In this document: one piece after another, positions 9,518-19,301 of the stretch
Layout of the letters: each line of letters opens with the position of its first letter
Numbering within the stretch: position 1 is the stretch's first letter
Notes under the pieces: generated by a model
Database searches by the model: none
The model's input: only the letters and a program-made list of their open reading frames with translations
What the model was told of the DNA's origin: nothing
Translations under genes and position numbers: made by a program
DNA from: an uncultured Gammaproteobacteria bacterium
GTDB lineage: Bacteria; Patescibacteriota; Patescibacteriia; UBA1558; UBA10009
Reading direction: 5' to 3'
Length of the DNA stretch: 64,000 nucleotides
NCBI GenBank assembly: GCA_964588165.1
Contig: CAZPMS010000002.1
Span: 105,839 to 169,838 of the forward strand

Positions 9518-10060
9518 ATGAAGTGGTTCATTTCTTTGGCAGTATTGTTGTTATTGATATGTGGTTGTACTAATTCACCCACCAGCCCAAGTGGCGGTGG
9601 CGGCGGTTCAGAAGTGATTGAAAATCCCTGGGGCAGGACGGTAATTGTTGAAGGCGAAGTGGCCAACCTATCTTTAACGGCAACTTTTAATTTTGGGATT
9701 GCTGTTCTTATGGTTTCAATTGAAAACACTTCAGAGTTTATTCTGGAGCCGCACATGGTTGGCGAAAGCAACCAGTATTATTGCTATCTGGTAACTATCA
9801 TGGGTAGCGATGGTAACGTGCTTTCTACTCGGCCTTTTGGTTTGGATGAGTTTGAGGATAATTTTGATGATTCTCAACTTTCTCCCGGCCTAACCTATAC
9901 CGAGTACCAATGGATTTATCCTTGGAATTTACCCAATGATCCATTTGGCGGCCGGATGAAAGCCGAGGTTTGGCTTTCCAAAGAAGATGTTCCTGATACC
10001 ACCTATCATAGCTGGGCCGAAATTGATTTGGCAATTGATTGGTGGTTTGATGATGATTGA
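9518..10060 (+). CDS. Hypothetical lipoprotein
   Basis: MKWFISLAVLLLLICGC lipobox-like signal, SD AAGGAGGG, terminator at 10076-10106. Confidence 0.75.
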   Translation: MKWFISLAVLLLLICGCTNSPTSPSGGGGGSEVIENPWGRTVIVEGEVANLSLTATFNFGIAVLMVSIENTSEFILEPHMVGESNQYYCYLVTIMGSDGNVLSTRPFGLDEFEDNFDDSQLSPGLTYTEYQWIYPWNLPNDPFGGRMKAEVWLSKEDVPDTTYHSWAEIDLAIDWWFDDD

Positions 10061-10131
10061 TTTTTATCAAACCAAAAACCGCTTCTTACATTTTGAGGCG
10101 GTTTTATTTTTGCCGAGGATAAATTTTTCGG

Positions 10132-10656
10132 TTACAGCAGTTTTTTTATTTCATCAGCTGCCTCTTGAATAGCTTGTTTAACTTTACCTTTTTCTAATAG
10201 CCCAAACCGGTTTAAAACAAATTTAGAAGTATCAACCATCTTACGGGGATTATCAGATGCAATACCCACTCTTATTCTGGTAAAGTTTTTAGTTTTTAAA
10301 TGATCCATTATAGATTTAACTCCGTTATGGCCGGCAGAACCGGAATCAGTTTGCACTTTAATTTTACCAAGAGGCAAATCCTTATCATCATGAACCACTA
10401 TAATATCTTCAGCTGTTAAATTATGTTTTTTAGCAGCATAGGCCACAGCTTGCCCGGAATTATTCATAAAAGCTTGAGGTTTATAAAGTTCAACTTCAAC
10501 TCCGTTAATCTCTTTTTTAAAATACTCAGCCTTGGCTTTTTTTGAACTATTCCACTTATCTTTTTCAATCAAAAAATCAAGAACCATAAAGCCTATATTA
10601 TGGCGAGTTTTAGCATATTGTTTGCCTGGATTGCCTAGGCCGATAATTAATTTCAT
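10132..10656 (-). CDS. pth: Peptidyl-tRNA hydrolase
   Basis: LIIGLGNPG, TRHNIGF, FMNNSG, GHNGVKS. Confidence 0.98.
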   Translation of the reverse strand: MKLIIGLGNPGKQYAKTRHNIGFMVLDFLIEKDKWNSSKKAKAEYFKKEINGVEVELYKPQAFMNNSGQAVAYAAKKHNLTAEDIIVVHDDKDLPLGKIKVQTDSGSAGHNGVKSIMDHLKTKNFTRIRVGIASDNPRKMVDTSKFVLNRFGLLEKGKVKQAIQEAADEIKKLL

Positions 10657-10743
10657 ATTTTTAATATAGTCTTTCAGTCATTTAATCATCTAGCCTTTTT
10701 ATTTTATAAGACTCGAAGATTTAAAGATTAGAAGATTAGTTTT

Positions 10744-12072
10744 TTAATTTGTAAGCTTTCTCACCTTAATTATAATAGGTGTGCCTAAAAAGCCAAATTT
10801 TTCTCGCAGTTGGTTTTCCATAAATCGTACATAGGAAATGTGCAAATCAGATTTAAAATCTTTAACCAGCTCAAACTGCGGCGGGTTGGTAGAAATCTGC
10901 TTTAGTTTATGAATGCGCGGTTTTATAGCACCCTTGCCTTTGGCCGGCGGGTGTTTTTTAAGCAGGCTTTTTAAAAATCTATCTAAAGCGTTTTCGGTTA
11001 TTTCCCTAAACCTTTCATTATAAACTTCTTTAGCTACATCCAGCATTTTTTTTACCCTTTGTTTTTCCAGTGCCGAAGTAAAGATAATTGGAGCATAAGT
11101 TAAATAGGGGAAGAAGGCTTGATAATATTTAATGAATTTGTTAATTGTTTTTTCATCCTTATCATCTATTAAATCCCATTTGTTGGCAATTATTATTACA
11201 CTGCTAGAAGATTGCATAATTTCATCCGAAAGGTGCTTATCTTGCTTGCCCATGGGTTCGGCCACATCAGTAACCAGCAGAGTTACATCCGAACGGTTAA
11301 TGCTCTTTAATGATTGTTCTACGCTGTATCTTTCCAATTTACTTTTTATTTTATTCTTTTTTCTAACTCCGGCCGTATCCACCAAAACATAAGGTTGTTT
11401 TTTATAAGTTAGTTCAATATCTTGCGAGTCGCGGGTAGTATAGGGAGTAGGGCTGGTAATAACCCGTTCTTCTCCCAGGATGGCGTTTATGATAGAAGAT
11501 TTGCCTACGTTAGGTTTGCCGATAATAGCTATTCTAATTGAGCTGATAGCTTGTAGCGAGTAGTTAGTAGGTTTTTTGAAGTTTTTAATCACCTCATCCA
11601 ATAGGTCGCCAGTACCAGAACCGTTTATGGCAGAAACAGCTACGGGGTTGCCTATGCCAAGTTTATAAAATTCTTCAGTTTGTTTTTTAAGTTGAGGACT
11701 ATCTGCTTTATTGGTCACTAAAATAACTTTCTTACGGGCTTTTTTTAAAATTTTTGCCACATCTTTGTCCTGTGGCATTAAGCCAACTTTAACATCAACT
11801 AAAAATAAAATCAGGTCAGCTTCATTTAGGGCCACCTTGGCTTGGTTAATTACATCTTCTTCAAAAGCTTTATCGTGGACAATATCAACTCCGCCGGTAT
11901 CAATCAGCTTAAAGTCAAAACCGCCCCAAGAAATTTTGGTGTAGTTCCGGTCGCGGGTGGTGCCGGGGATATTGGAAACAATAGCTTTTTTTCTTTCCGT
12001 AAGTGTATTGAACAAAGTGGACTTGCCCACATTAGCCCGGCCGATTATAGCTACTTTTGGTAATTTATTCAT
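10744..12072 (-). CDS. der: Ribosome biogenesis GTPase Der (EngA)
   Basis: Two tandem G domains (GRANVGKST; GKPNVGKSS) plus KH-like C-terminus. Confidence 0.98.
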   Translation of the reverse strand: MNKLPKVAIIGRANVGKSTLFNTLTERKKAIVSNIPGTTRDRNYTKISWGGFDFKLIDTGGVDIVHDKAFEEDVINQAKVALNEADLILFLVDVKVGLMPQDKDVAKILKKARKKVILVTNKADSPQLKKQTEEFYKLGIGNPVAVSAINGSGTGDLLDEVIKNFKKPTNYSLQAISSIRIAIIGKPNVGKSSIINAILGEERVITSPTPYTTRDSQDIELTYKKQPYVLVDTAGVRKKNKIKSKLERYSVEQSLKSINRSDVTLLVTDVAEPMGKQDKHLSDEIMQSSSSVIIIANKWDLIDDKDEKTINKFIKYYQAFFPYLTYAPIIFTSALEKQRVKKMLDVAKEVYNERFREITENALDRFLKSLLKKHPPAKGKGAIKPRIHKLKQISTNPPQFELVKDFKSDLHISYVRFMENQLREKFGFLGTPIIIKVRKLTN

Positions 12073-12096
12073 TAAGTATTAGGAATTAATTGTATA

Positions 12097-12972
12097 TTAG
12101 GTAATTAAGTATATACCAATAACAATAAAAATTACAGATATAACTTTTAAAGCAATTATACTGCCTTTAAGCTCTTCTTTTAAAACTTTGGGATAAAAAA
12201 TACTGAACAGTAAAGCCAATATTAATAAAAATAGATATTGCAAAGATCCTAAAAGGCTTACTAAAGAAACTAAGCCGATAGATATGGCTGTTAGCATTGA
12301 TAGGGTTGCAATAATCACTGCCGATTCGTTTATGGCAACTATTTTTAAAGCTTTTCTATCATTGATAAATGATTTTTTTATAGTTTGCCAGTTAAATAAA
12401 AGAAAGGGAATAAAACCTATAAAAGCACCAATTTGGATAATGGTAAATAAATGAAACAGACTAATACTGGCCAATAAATATTTTTCCAGCAAAACTTGAG
12501 CCGCAAACAACAAACTTGAAAAGAACATATAGATCATCCACTTATTGGGTTTAACAGTAAAGCCTTTTTTTAGGGTAATAGTGAATAATCCAATAAGTAA
12601 AATTCCAGCGCCAAGATATTGATAGGCTGATAGTATCTCATGTAAAAAAATTCCAGCGCCAATAACTACCAATAAAGGTGCAATAGCAAACCAGGGTACC
12701 ACCCTGGAAACTTCTTCTAATTTAATTGCTTTAAAGTAGAGAATATTAACTACAGGATATAAAGCGCCATTTAATAATCCTAATAATAAAAGCGGTGAGT
12801 ATTCAATTTTTTGAAATAGAAAAAGTATTATTCCAACAATTAATCCTATGGTGCTTAGAAAAAAAACAAAGACGACCGGCTTTAATTTATATTTAGAAAT
12901 AACGTGTTTATCTATTATATTTACCCCGGCCCAAATTAAGGCCGCCAGTAATGAAAAAAATATCCAAGCCAT
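12097..12972 (-). CDS. EamA/DMT family transporter
   Basis: About 10 TM helices, duplicated EamA pattern (FLHEIL; LKEEL). Confidence 0.8.
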   Translation of the reverse strand: MAWIFFSLLAALIWAGVNIIDKHVISKYKLKPVVFVFFLSTIGLIVGIILFLFQKIEYSPLLLLGLLNGALYPVVNILYFKAIKLEEVSRVVPWFAIAPLLVVIGAGIFLHEILSAYQYLGAGILLIGLFTITLKKGFTVKPNKWMIYMFFSSLLFAAQVLLEKYLLASISLFHLFTIIQIGAFIGFIPFLLFNWQTIKKSFINDRKALKIVAINESAVIIATLSMLTAISIGLVSLVSLLGSLQYLFLLILALLFSIFYPKVLKEELKGSIIALKVISVIFIVIGIYLIT

Positions 12973-13014
12973 ATTTAAGATAATAGCAAATTTATAGAAT
13001 TTTTTCTATATAAA

Positions 13015-13070
13015 AAGCCTTGCCTGCAGCGACGTGCAATTGCACGTCGGTACAAAAGCAGGCAAGGCTT
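13015..13070. repeat. Nested palindromic REP-like repeat, copy 2 (likely also a terminator)
   Basis: One mismatch to 8306-8361. Confidence 0.85.
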
Positions 13071-13071
13071 T

Positions 13072-14649
13072 TTATTCTTCAATTACTTCATCGGTTGAGG
13101 TTGCCACTTCATCTGTACTGGTGGCGATATCTTCTTCAAGCTCCGGCAGTTTAAACCAGTTGGAATGGTCTAAGCCTAAAATAGCAATTAAGTCTGGGGA
13201 TTCATCCAACAATTCGTCATCTCCTTCAGAAACAGATGAACGGTATCTGTCTATCAAATAGTCAGGCACCGGTTTGGCAACATAGGCATTAAGCTCTTCT
13301 TTAAGATTTTTTAAAGAAGCTTTTTTTTGCCCATCAGTTAGGTCGTAAATAACTGTTCGTTGGTAATCCTGGCTGGGAGCATTGCCATAAGTAAAAATAT
13401 TGTAACCCAGTTTTTCTAAAAATGAGGCTGTCCAGTAAGCTAAGCCGCCTGTTTCGGTGCCGTTTAAAACTTCTACCCTGGCATATTCTTCTTTAATTTT
13501 GCCGGTATCAAAAATGTTGTTAAATTGCCTGGCTAAGGTTTCAAAGTTGCCGTCTTTTGGCTGTAAAATCCAGGCACCTTCTTCTGTAAAGCCGGGTTCT
13601 AAGATACTATCTGGCATATCATCCAAAACTATCCTGTATATTTTATCTTCGTCAGTTTCTTTTACCATGTTGGCAATTTTAATGGCTTGCCAAATGGACA
13701 TGTTGGTTTCCACAGAACTGCCTAAAAGGTCAAAAATTGCTGTAAGTTTTTGTGGTGAAAGCAAAGTAGAGAATTTAAAAACTTTATCTTTCATGCCCTG
13801 GAGGATAAGTTGCTGTCTGCGGCTTCGGGCAAAGTCTGAACCTTCAAAATTATTGCCATGGCGGGATCTGGCGTAAATTAAAGCAGTTTCGCCGTCCATA
13901 ATTTGCGGGCCTTGTTCAAAACTAACGGAAAAAGTTTTACCTTCAACATCGGTTGGGTATAGCGGGTCAGCAAAGGCTACGGGCACATCAACCGTTATGC
14001 CACCAATTTCATCAATAAATTCCATAAAGCCTTGGAAGGTAACTACGCCGTGGTAATGGATGTTAATCTCTAAGGTGTCTTCTATGGCCTGGGTAATATA
14101 TTCGGTGCCCTGGTCTTTTTCTTGAACTTTACCCATGGAATAAACCTGATTTATTTTATACCACTGGCCGTCCCTAAGTTTTACAATCATATCCCTGGGG
14201 ATAGAAATCATGCCCACCTCGCCGGTGGAAGGCTTAATGCTGGCTACAATAATAGTATCTGTTAAATAAGGGCCGTCGTGGCCTTCACCGCCAATGCCCA
14301 GGAGCAGTACATTAACCCTATCCTTAAATTCACCAGCCACTCTTTTATCGTTGGAAGTAACCAGCCTGGCCAGCCTGGAAAAAGGGTTATATTTGTTTAA
14401 ACCGGCCAAACCGCTGGAGGGGGCGAACAGCCTTTCCGAAAGATACATGGCTCCAGTTACCAAAACAATCAAAAGGGCTATTAAAAAGATTTTTAAAAAT
14501 GTATATTTTTTTATTTTTGGCTTTTCAAAGTCGGCCATGGGTTTTATTGGCGCTTTTTTTTGGTCAACTAAAAAATTAACCCGACTGTTTGATCGGTAGA
14601 TTTTATCTTGTTTTTTGTTTGAAGGCCTAAGGCCGTCTATGGGATTCAT
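13072..14649 (-). CDS. LCP (LytR-CpsA-Psr) family protein with LytR C-terminal domain
   Basis: NVLLLG, LTDTII, ISIPRD, YARSRH, SDFARSRRQQ, VEVLNGT. Confidence 0.93.
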   Translation of the reverse strand: MNPIDGLRPSNKKQDKIYRSNSRVNFLVDQKKAPIKPMADFEKPKIKKYTFLKIFLIALLIVLVTGAMYLSERLFAPSSGLAGLNKYNPFSRLARLVTSNDKRVAGEFKDRVNVLLLGIGGEGHDGPYLTDTIIVASIKPSTGEVGMISIPRDMIVKLRDGQWYKINQVYSMGKVQEKDQGTEYITQAIEDTLEINIHYHGVVTFQGFMEFIDEIGGITVDVPVAFADPLYPTDVEGKTFSVSFEQGPQIMDGETALIYARSRHGNNFEGSDFARSRRQQLILQGMKDKVFKFSTLLSPQKLTAIFDLLGSSVETNMSIWQAIKIANMVKETDEDKIYRIVLDDMPDSILEPGFTEEGAWILQPKDGNFETLARQFNNIFDTGKIKEEYARVEVLNGTETGGLAYWTASFLEKLGYNIFTYGNAPSQDYQRTVIYDLTDGQKKASLKNLKEELNAYVAKPVPDYLIDRYRSSVSEGDDELLDESPDLIAILGLDHSNWFKLPELEEDIATSTDEVATSTDEVIEE

Positions 14650-14741
14650 AAGTATAAAAATTATAGTAGTTTAGCAAGTCAAAGTCAATCTAAAAAGCTG
14701 TTGATTTATTGTTTTTCGGCTGATATAATGGGCATACTTTT

Positions 14742-14817
14742 GGTCGTGTAGTTCAGCGGTTAGAATGCTTCGTTCACATCGAAGAGGCCCCTGGTTCGAA
14801 TCCAGGCACGACCACCA
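14742..14817 (+). tRNA. tRNA-Val (CAC)
   Basis: GGTCGTG/CACGACC acceptor, CTTCG-TTCACAT-CGAAG anticodon arm, CCA. Confidence 0.93.
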
Positions 14818-14825
14818 TAATAGAC

Positions 14826-14909
14826 GTCCCGATGTCGCCTGTGGCGAATCGGGATCCCGACAGCCGACCAGTCGGCTCGTCGGGAGTTCGAATCCAGCAT
14901 TGTCCACCA
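14826..14909 (+). pseudogene. tRNA 3'-half remnant preceded by two palindromic inserts
   Basis: TCCCGAT..ATCGGGA and TCCCGAC..GTCGGGA hairpins, then GTTCGAATCCAGCATTGTCCACCA. Confidence 0.6.
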
Positions 14910-14948
14910 TTCAATTATATCGAGTATAAATATAAAAGTTAGAAAATT

Positions 14949-15323
14949 ATGTATAACATTCAAAAATGTCAAAAAATAGAGATAGAGCAAGGTACGTTTT
15001 TTCTGGGAGAGTCTACTAAAGAAAAAAGTGTAGGTTATCTTGAATTAAAACCTCACACTTCTTTAACAATCCATAATCGTCTAGGTGGAATTGAGAATTT
15101 AATTCAGGTTGAAGGGGACTCTGTGATGATTGTTTTTGATACCCCCAGCGGTACAAATTATAAGCTAAGTAAAGGTGATAAATTACAAATTAAGCCTGAA
15201 GGTGTCTGGCATATTCATAGTAATCCATTTGATAAAACTTCTTTAACTTATTGGTATTTTGAAGGGGATATTAGAAATGTGATTAAAGCAATAAGGGATG
15301 GTGCAGGAGAAAATAAGGGTTAG
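14949..15323 (+). CDS. Cupin-fold protein
   Basis: LKPHTSLTIH...E...VEG and IKPEGVWHIHSN cupin motifs. Confidence 0.7.
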   Translation: MYNIQKCQKIEIEQGTFFLGESTKEKSVGYLELKPHTSLTIHNRLGGIENLIQVEGDSVMIVFDTPSGTNYKLSKGDKLQIKPEGVWHIHSNPFDKTSLTYWYFEGDIRNVIKAIRDGAGENKG

Positions 15324-15405
15324 TATTAGTAAGGGTTCGCGTGTCCGCCGAAACGTAGTGGATGCGGGACTCCTCCATTGCCCACCACTGTTTTATAGAT
15401 TATAT

Positions 15406-16104
15406 ATGATAAAATCATTCGATATTAAATTTTGGATTCTGTCAGCAATAATTTTATTTTGCCTAATTCTTATAATTACTGGGATGTTTACAGATGCAAT
15501 TTTGGCAGGAACAGCAGTTTTAATTGCATGGTACAGCTATGAAACTTTTTATTTAAGAAAAGAAATGAAAAGACAGCAAGATTTAGCTGAAACCCCAATA
15601 GTAAATTTGTACTTAAGGGGTAAAAAAGAAATTCCGAATTCAGAATATTTTACTTTAAGAAATGTTAGCTCAATTACAGCTTATAATATTACTATTGATT
15701 CAATTAAAATAAAGAATTTTAAATATACTTTTTATTTTGATCAACCAAATATTGTGCTTGAGCCAAATGGTGACGAAAAGCCATTGAAAATGAATACAAG
15801 AGAAAATCAAAATATGACGATGCACGACATGGTTTATTTTAAGAGCCATTTTTCGATAGGATTATCTGGTTTAGCTGATGATGAAATGAAAGATCGCTTT
15901 GCAACTTTTTTGATTCATTTAACAAATCTTTCAGGAAAACAGTTTTATTCAATATTTAAGTTCTATTCAAAAACACGCGTAACAAAAGAGTTTACAATTG
16001 AACACATAAAAACAGGTGAGGGGTTAATTTCTATAAGCGAAGCTGATAAAATTTCTGAAAGTGTAGAAAAAAGAAAAAGTATTTATAGTAGCGGTGATAT
16101 ATGA
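15406..16104 (+). CDS. Hypothetical membrane-anchored protein
   Basis: Two N-terminal TM helices; start moved to MIKSF because the upstream part overlaps a tRNA remnant. Confidence 0.65.
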   Translation: MIKSFDIKFWILSAIILFCLILIITGMFTDAILAGTAVLIAWYSYETFYLRKEMKRQQDLAETPIVNLYLRGKKEIPNSEYFTLRNVSSITAYNITIDSIKIKNFKYTFYFDQPNIVLEPNGDEKPLKMNTRENQNMTMHDMVYFKSHFSIGLSGLADDEMKDRFATFLIHLTNLSGKQFYSIFKFYSKTRVTKEFTIEHIKTGEGLISISEADKISESVEKRKSIYSSGDI

Positions 16105-16574
16105 TTGAATATAATTTCCCAGTTACCACTACGCTCTGCTATATCCTTAATAACAAAGATGAAGTTTTGTTGATAATGAAAAAGCGGGGAGTGGGTGAGG
16201 GCAAATGGAACGGTCCGGGTGGAAAAGTTTCAGAAAAAGAATCAATAGAAGAAGCAGTTGTCAGAGAGGTAAAGGAAGAAACCGGCTTGGATATAAGTAA
16301 CGTAATTAATAAAGGCGTGCTGGAATTTGTGGCACCTCAAAAGCCGGAAATCCAAAGCAGGTGCCATATTTTTATTACCCGTGATTATAAAGGCAACATT
16401 ATAGAGTCAGAAGAATGCTACAGCCAGTGGCATCCTGTTAGCAAATTACCGTTTGATAAGATGTGGGAGGATGATATTTTATGGCTGGAAAAACTGCTTA
16501 AAGAAGAAGCAGAAGTTAAATACAGATTCTTTTTTGATAAGGATGAGAAAATGGAAAAGTATGAAGAGATATAA
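16101..16574 (+). CDS. NUDIX hydrolase (MutT/MTH1-like 8-oxo-dGTPase)
   Basis: GGKVSEKESIEEAVVREVKEETGL Nudix box; KRG.GEGKWNG; MWEDD. Confidence 0.92.
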   Translation: MIEYNFPVTTTLCYILNNKDEVLLIMKKRGVGEGKWNGPGGKVSEKESIEEAVVREVKEETGLDISNVINKGVLEFVAPQKPEIQSRCHIFITRDYKGNIIESEECYSQWHPVSKLPFDKMWEDDILWLEKLLKEEAEVKYRFFFDKDEKMEKYEEI

Positions 16575-16890
16575 GTGGCACGGATAAAACACAGATCTAT
16601 CACTGATGAAGCACTGATTTATCACAGATTTTAAGCCAGTTATTATTTTTAATTATTCGTGATAACTCCGTGAATATCAGTGATATATCAGCGTATATCA
16701 GTGAACTATCTGTATCCTTGTTTGATAAAGATGAGAAAATGGAGAAATATGAAGAGATTTAAATACGCTGATAGCGCGAACTAAACGCAAACATAACGCT
16801 AACCGCTGACCCGCCAATTCGGGGAGCTGACAATTATTATGTTCGCGGTTGGCAAAAGTCAGCGCAAGTTTGCGTTATTTGCGCTATTGA
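16533..16890. mobile_element. Two low-complexity inverted-repeat elements; the first is bracketed by a 42-bp duplicate of the NUDIX 3' end
   Basis: CACTGAT/ATCAGTG and ACGC/GCGT repeat arms; direct repeats at 16533-16574 and 16721-16762. Confidence 0.65.
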
Positions 16891-16946
16891 TTTAAACCTT
16901 TTTCTTTGCTATATTATGACTTATAACCCTTAATTTATTATAATTT

Positions 16947-17585
16947 ATGAACGACGTTTTGGATTTAAAGCCAGATGAAAACTCCCAACCTTCGTTGGAT
17001 AATAATTTAAATAACCAACCCTCTGCCTTTAAAAAAGTAAAGGAGTATTTGTGGGAAATAATTAAGATTGTGGTAATTTCCTTAATTATTATTGTGCCCA
17101 TAAGAATGTATGTAATCCAGCCTTTTATTGTTGAGGGCGAATCCATGATGCCTAATTTCCATGATGGGGAATATTTGATTGTGGATGAAATAAGCTACCG
17201 TTTTAATGATCCTCAAAGGGGAGAAGTGATTGTTTTTCATCCACCACAGGATTCTAAAAATTATTACATAAAAAGAATCATCGGTTTGCCCGGTGAAACC
17301 GTAGAATTAAGGGAAGGTAAGATTTTTATTTATAATGATGAGTTTAAAGATGGCAATAGATTAAATGAAAGTAATTATTTAACCCAGAGCAGTATAAACG
17401 AAGAAAGCAAAGTTAAACTGGCAGAAGACCAATATTATGTTATTGGCGATAACCGGGATAACAGTTTGGATTCCCGGCGAATCGGGCCAATTACTTCCAG
17501 CAATATAAAAGGTCGGGCCTTTTTTAGGGCTTTTCCTTTTAACACATTAACCTTACTGGAAACCCCGGAATATTTTTTTAATTAA
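16947..17585 (+). CDS. lepB: Signal peptidase I
   Basis: GESMMPNF, YIKRIIGLPG, GDNRDNSLDSR. Confidence 0.97.
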   Translation: MNDVLDLKPDENSQPSLDNNLNNQPSAFKKVKEYLWEIIKIVVISLIIIVPIRMYVIQPFIVEGESMMPNFHDGEYLIVDEISYRFNDPQRGEVIVFHPPQDSKNYYIKRIIGLPGETVELREGKIFIYNDEFKDGNRLNESNYLTQSSINEESKVKLAEDQYYVIGDNRDNSLDSRRIGPITSSNIKGRAFFRAFPFNTLTLLETPEYFFN

Positions 17586-17595
17586 AAATTTGTAT

Positions 17596-18903
17596 ATGGA
17601 AAAAAAAGAATCTAAAAAAAAGAAGTTCCAATCAGTTAAAGGCATGAAAGATATCCTGCCCGAAGAGCAGCGTTATTGGAATTTTGTAAGGAACAAAGTT
17701 GATGAGCTGGCTTCTGTTTATGGCTTTAAGCGGATAGACACCCCTATTTTAGAATCTACTGATTTATTTGTTAGGTCAGTTGGCCAAACTACTGATATTG
17801 TAGAAAAAGAAATGTATTCTTTTGTAGACCAAGGCAACGATAAATTATCCCTTAGGCCAGAAGGCACTGCCGGAGTTGCCAGATCGTATATTGAACATGG
17901 CATGTTAAATAAAACCCAACCGGTTAAACTTTATTATTTTGGGCAAATGTTTAGGAGAGAAAGGCCGCAATCAGGCAGGTACAGGCAGCACTGGCAATTA
18001 GGCTTTGAAGTTATTGGTGAAGCAGAGGCTGTGGTAGATGCCCAAATAATTTTACTGGCCTATAAAATTTATCAATCGGCCAGTATTAACACTACCGTCC
18101 AAATTAACAGCATTGGCTGCGTAAGTTGCCGTCCTGAATTTGTAATCCAACTTAAAGATTATTTAAAAAAGAACAAAAGCAAGCTTTCAGAAATTTCTAA
18201 AGAAAGGTATTTAAAAAATACTTTAAGGATTTTAGATTCTAAAGAAAAAGAAGATCTGCCGATAATTGCCGAGGCGCCCCAGCAGATAGATTTTTTATGC
18301 GAAGGCTGTAAAAATCATTTTATACAAGTATTGGAATATTTAGATGAATTGGAAATTCCATATGCCTTAAACCCTTCTATTGTAAGGGGGCTGGATTATT
18401 ATTCCAGAACCACTTTTGAGATTTGGACCACCGAAGATGAAACGGCTAGGCAAAAAGCCTTGGGCGGCGGCGGCAGATACGATGGCTTGATTGAGATTTT
18501 AGGCGGGCAACCTACACCGGCAGTTGGCTTTGCTTCTGGAGTAGAAAGATTTATAAGCCAAATAAAAGAAAAGGATTTTAAAGTCCCTGAAATAGTTAAG
18601 CCGGAAATATTTTTGGCACAGCTAGGGCCTGATGCTAAAAAGAAGGCTTTAATTTTATTTGAACAATTACAGGCAGCAGGCATCAGAGTGGCAGAAAATT
18701 TCTCTAAAAACGGTTTAAAGCCCCAGCTGGAAATTGCTGATAAGCTAAAGGTTAAATTTACAATTATGCTTGGCCAAAAAGAAATTGTAGACGAAACTGT
18801 AATAATAAGAGATATGGAAAATGGCAACCAAGAGATTGTTGATTTTAAGAAAATTGTAACGGAAATTCAAAAACGTCTGGCAAAATCTACTGTTATCCGT
18901 TAA
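17596..18903 (+). CDS. hisS: Histidine--tRNA ligase
   Basis: LRPEGTA, FRRERPQSGRYRQH, VRGLDYY, GGGRYDGL. Confidence 0.98.
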   Translation: MEKKESKKKKFQSVKGMKDILPEEQRYWNFVRNKVDELASVYGFKRIDTPILESTDLFVRSVGQTTDIVEKEMYSFVDQGNDKLSLRPEGTAGVARSYIEHGMLNKTQPVKLYYFGQMFRRERPQSGRYRQHWQLGFEVIGEAEAVVDAQIILLAYKIYQSASINTTVQINSIGCVSCRPEFVIQLKDYLKKNKSKLSEISKERYLKNTLRILDSKEKEDLPIIAEAPQQIDFLCEGCKNHFIQVLEYLDELEIPYALNPSIVRGLDYYSRTTFEIWTTEDETARQKALGGGGRYDGLIEILGGQPTPAVGFASGVERFISQIKEKDFKVPEIVKPEIFLAQLGPDAKKKALILFEQLQAAGIRVAENFSKNGLKPQLEIADKLKVKFTIMLGQKEIVDETVIIRDMENGNQEIVDFKKIVTEIQKRLAKSTVIR

Positions 18904-19028
18904 TGGTTTAAAGAGGCCGGAATTTATTTGACTTTATTTTCAAATTGTGTTATTACTATATAATATTATAGTAATTTTTTATTACTAATTATTTAATAAA
19001 CCCTATAAAGAAAGGAAGGTGTATTTAA

Positions 19029-19292
19029 GTGTTAGAAGTTAAAAAGAAAGATACAGAAAGCTTTGAGAGTTTAATAAGAAGATTCACAAAGAAAACAATT
19101 CAAAGTGGTAAAATTCTTCAGGCAAAAAAAATTAAATTCAGGCAAAAGCCAATAAGCAAAAGAGCTCAAAAAGCTAAAGCACTAAGAAGAGAAGAAATTA
19201 AAAAACAGCGGGAATACTTAAGGAAAATAGGCAAACTGGACGATTTTTTAGATAACAAGAAAAAGATAGTTATCAAAAAAAAGAAAAGATAA
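19029..19292 (+). CDS. rpsU: 30S ribosomal protein bS21
   Basis: ESFESLIRRF motif, very basic, followed by yqeY; GTG start. Confidence 0.85.
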   Translation: MLEVKKKDTESFESLIRRFTKKTIQSGKILQAKKIKFRQKPISKRAQKAKALRREEIKKQREYLRKIGKLDDFLDNKKKIVIKKKKR

Positions 19293-19301
19293 ATTAATTA
19301 A

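Noticed and set aside
14671-14990. Minus-strand ORFs of 76-79 aa
   Set aside because: They overlap tRNA-Val and palindromic repeats.
16533-16762. Possible DGR template/variable repeat pair
   Set aside because: Only 42 nt; differences are synonymous and not confined to adenines of one copy; no reverse transcriptase in the window.
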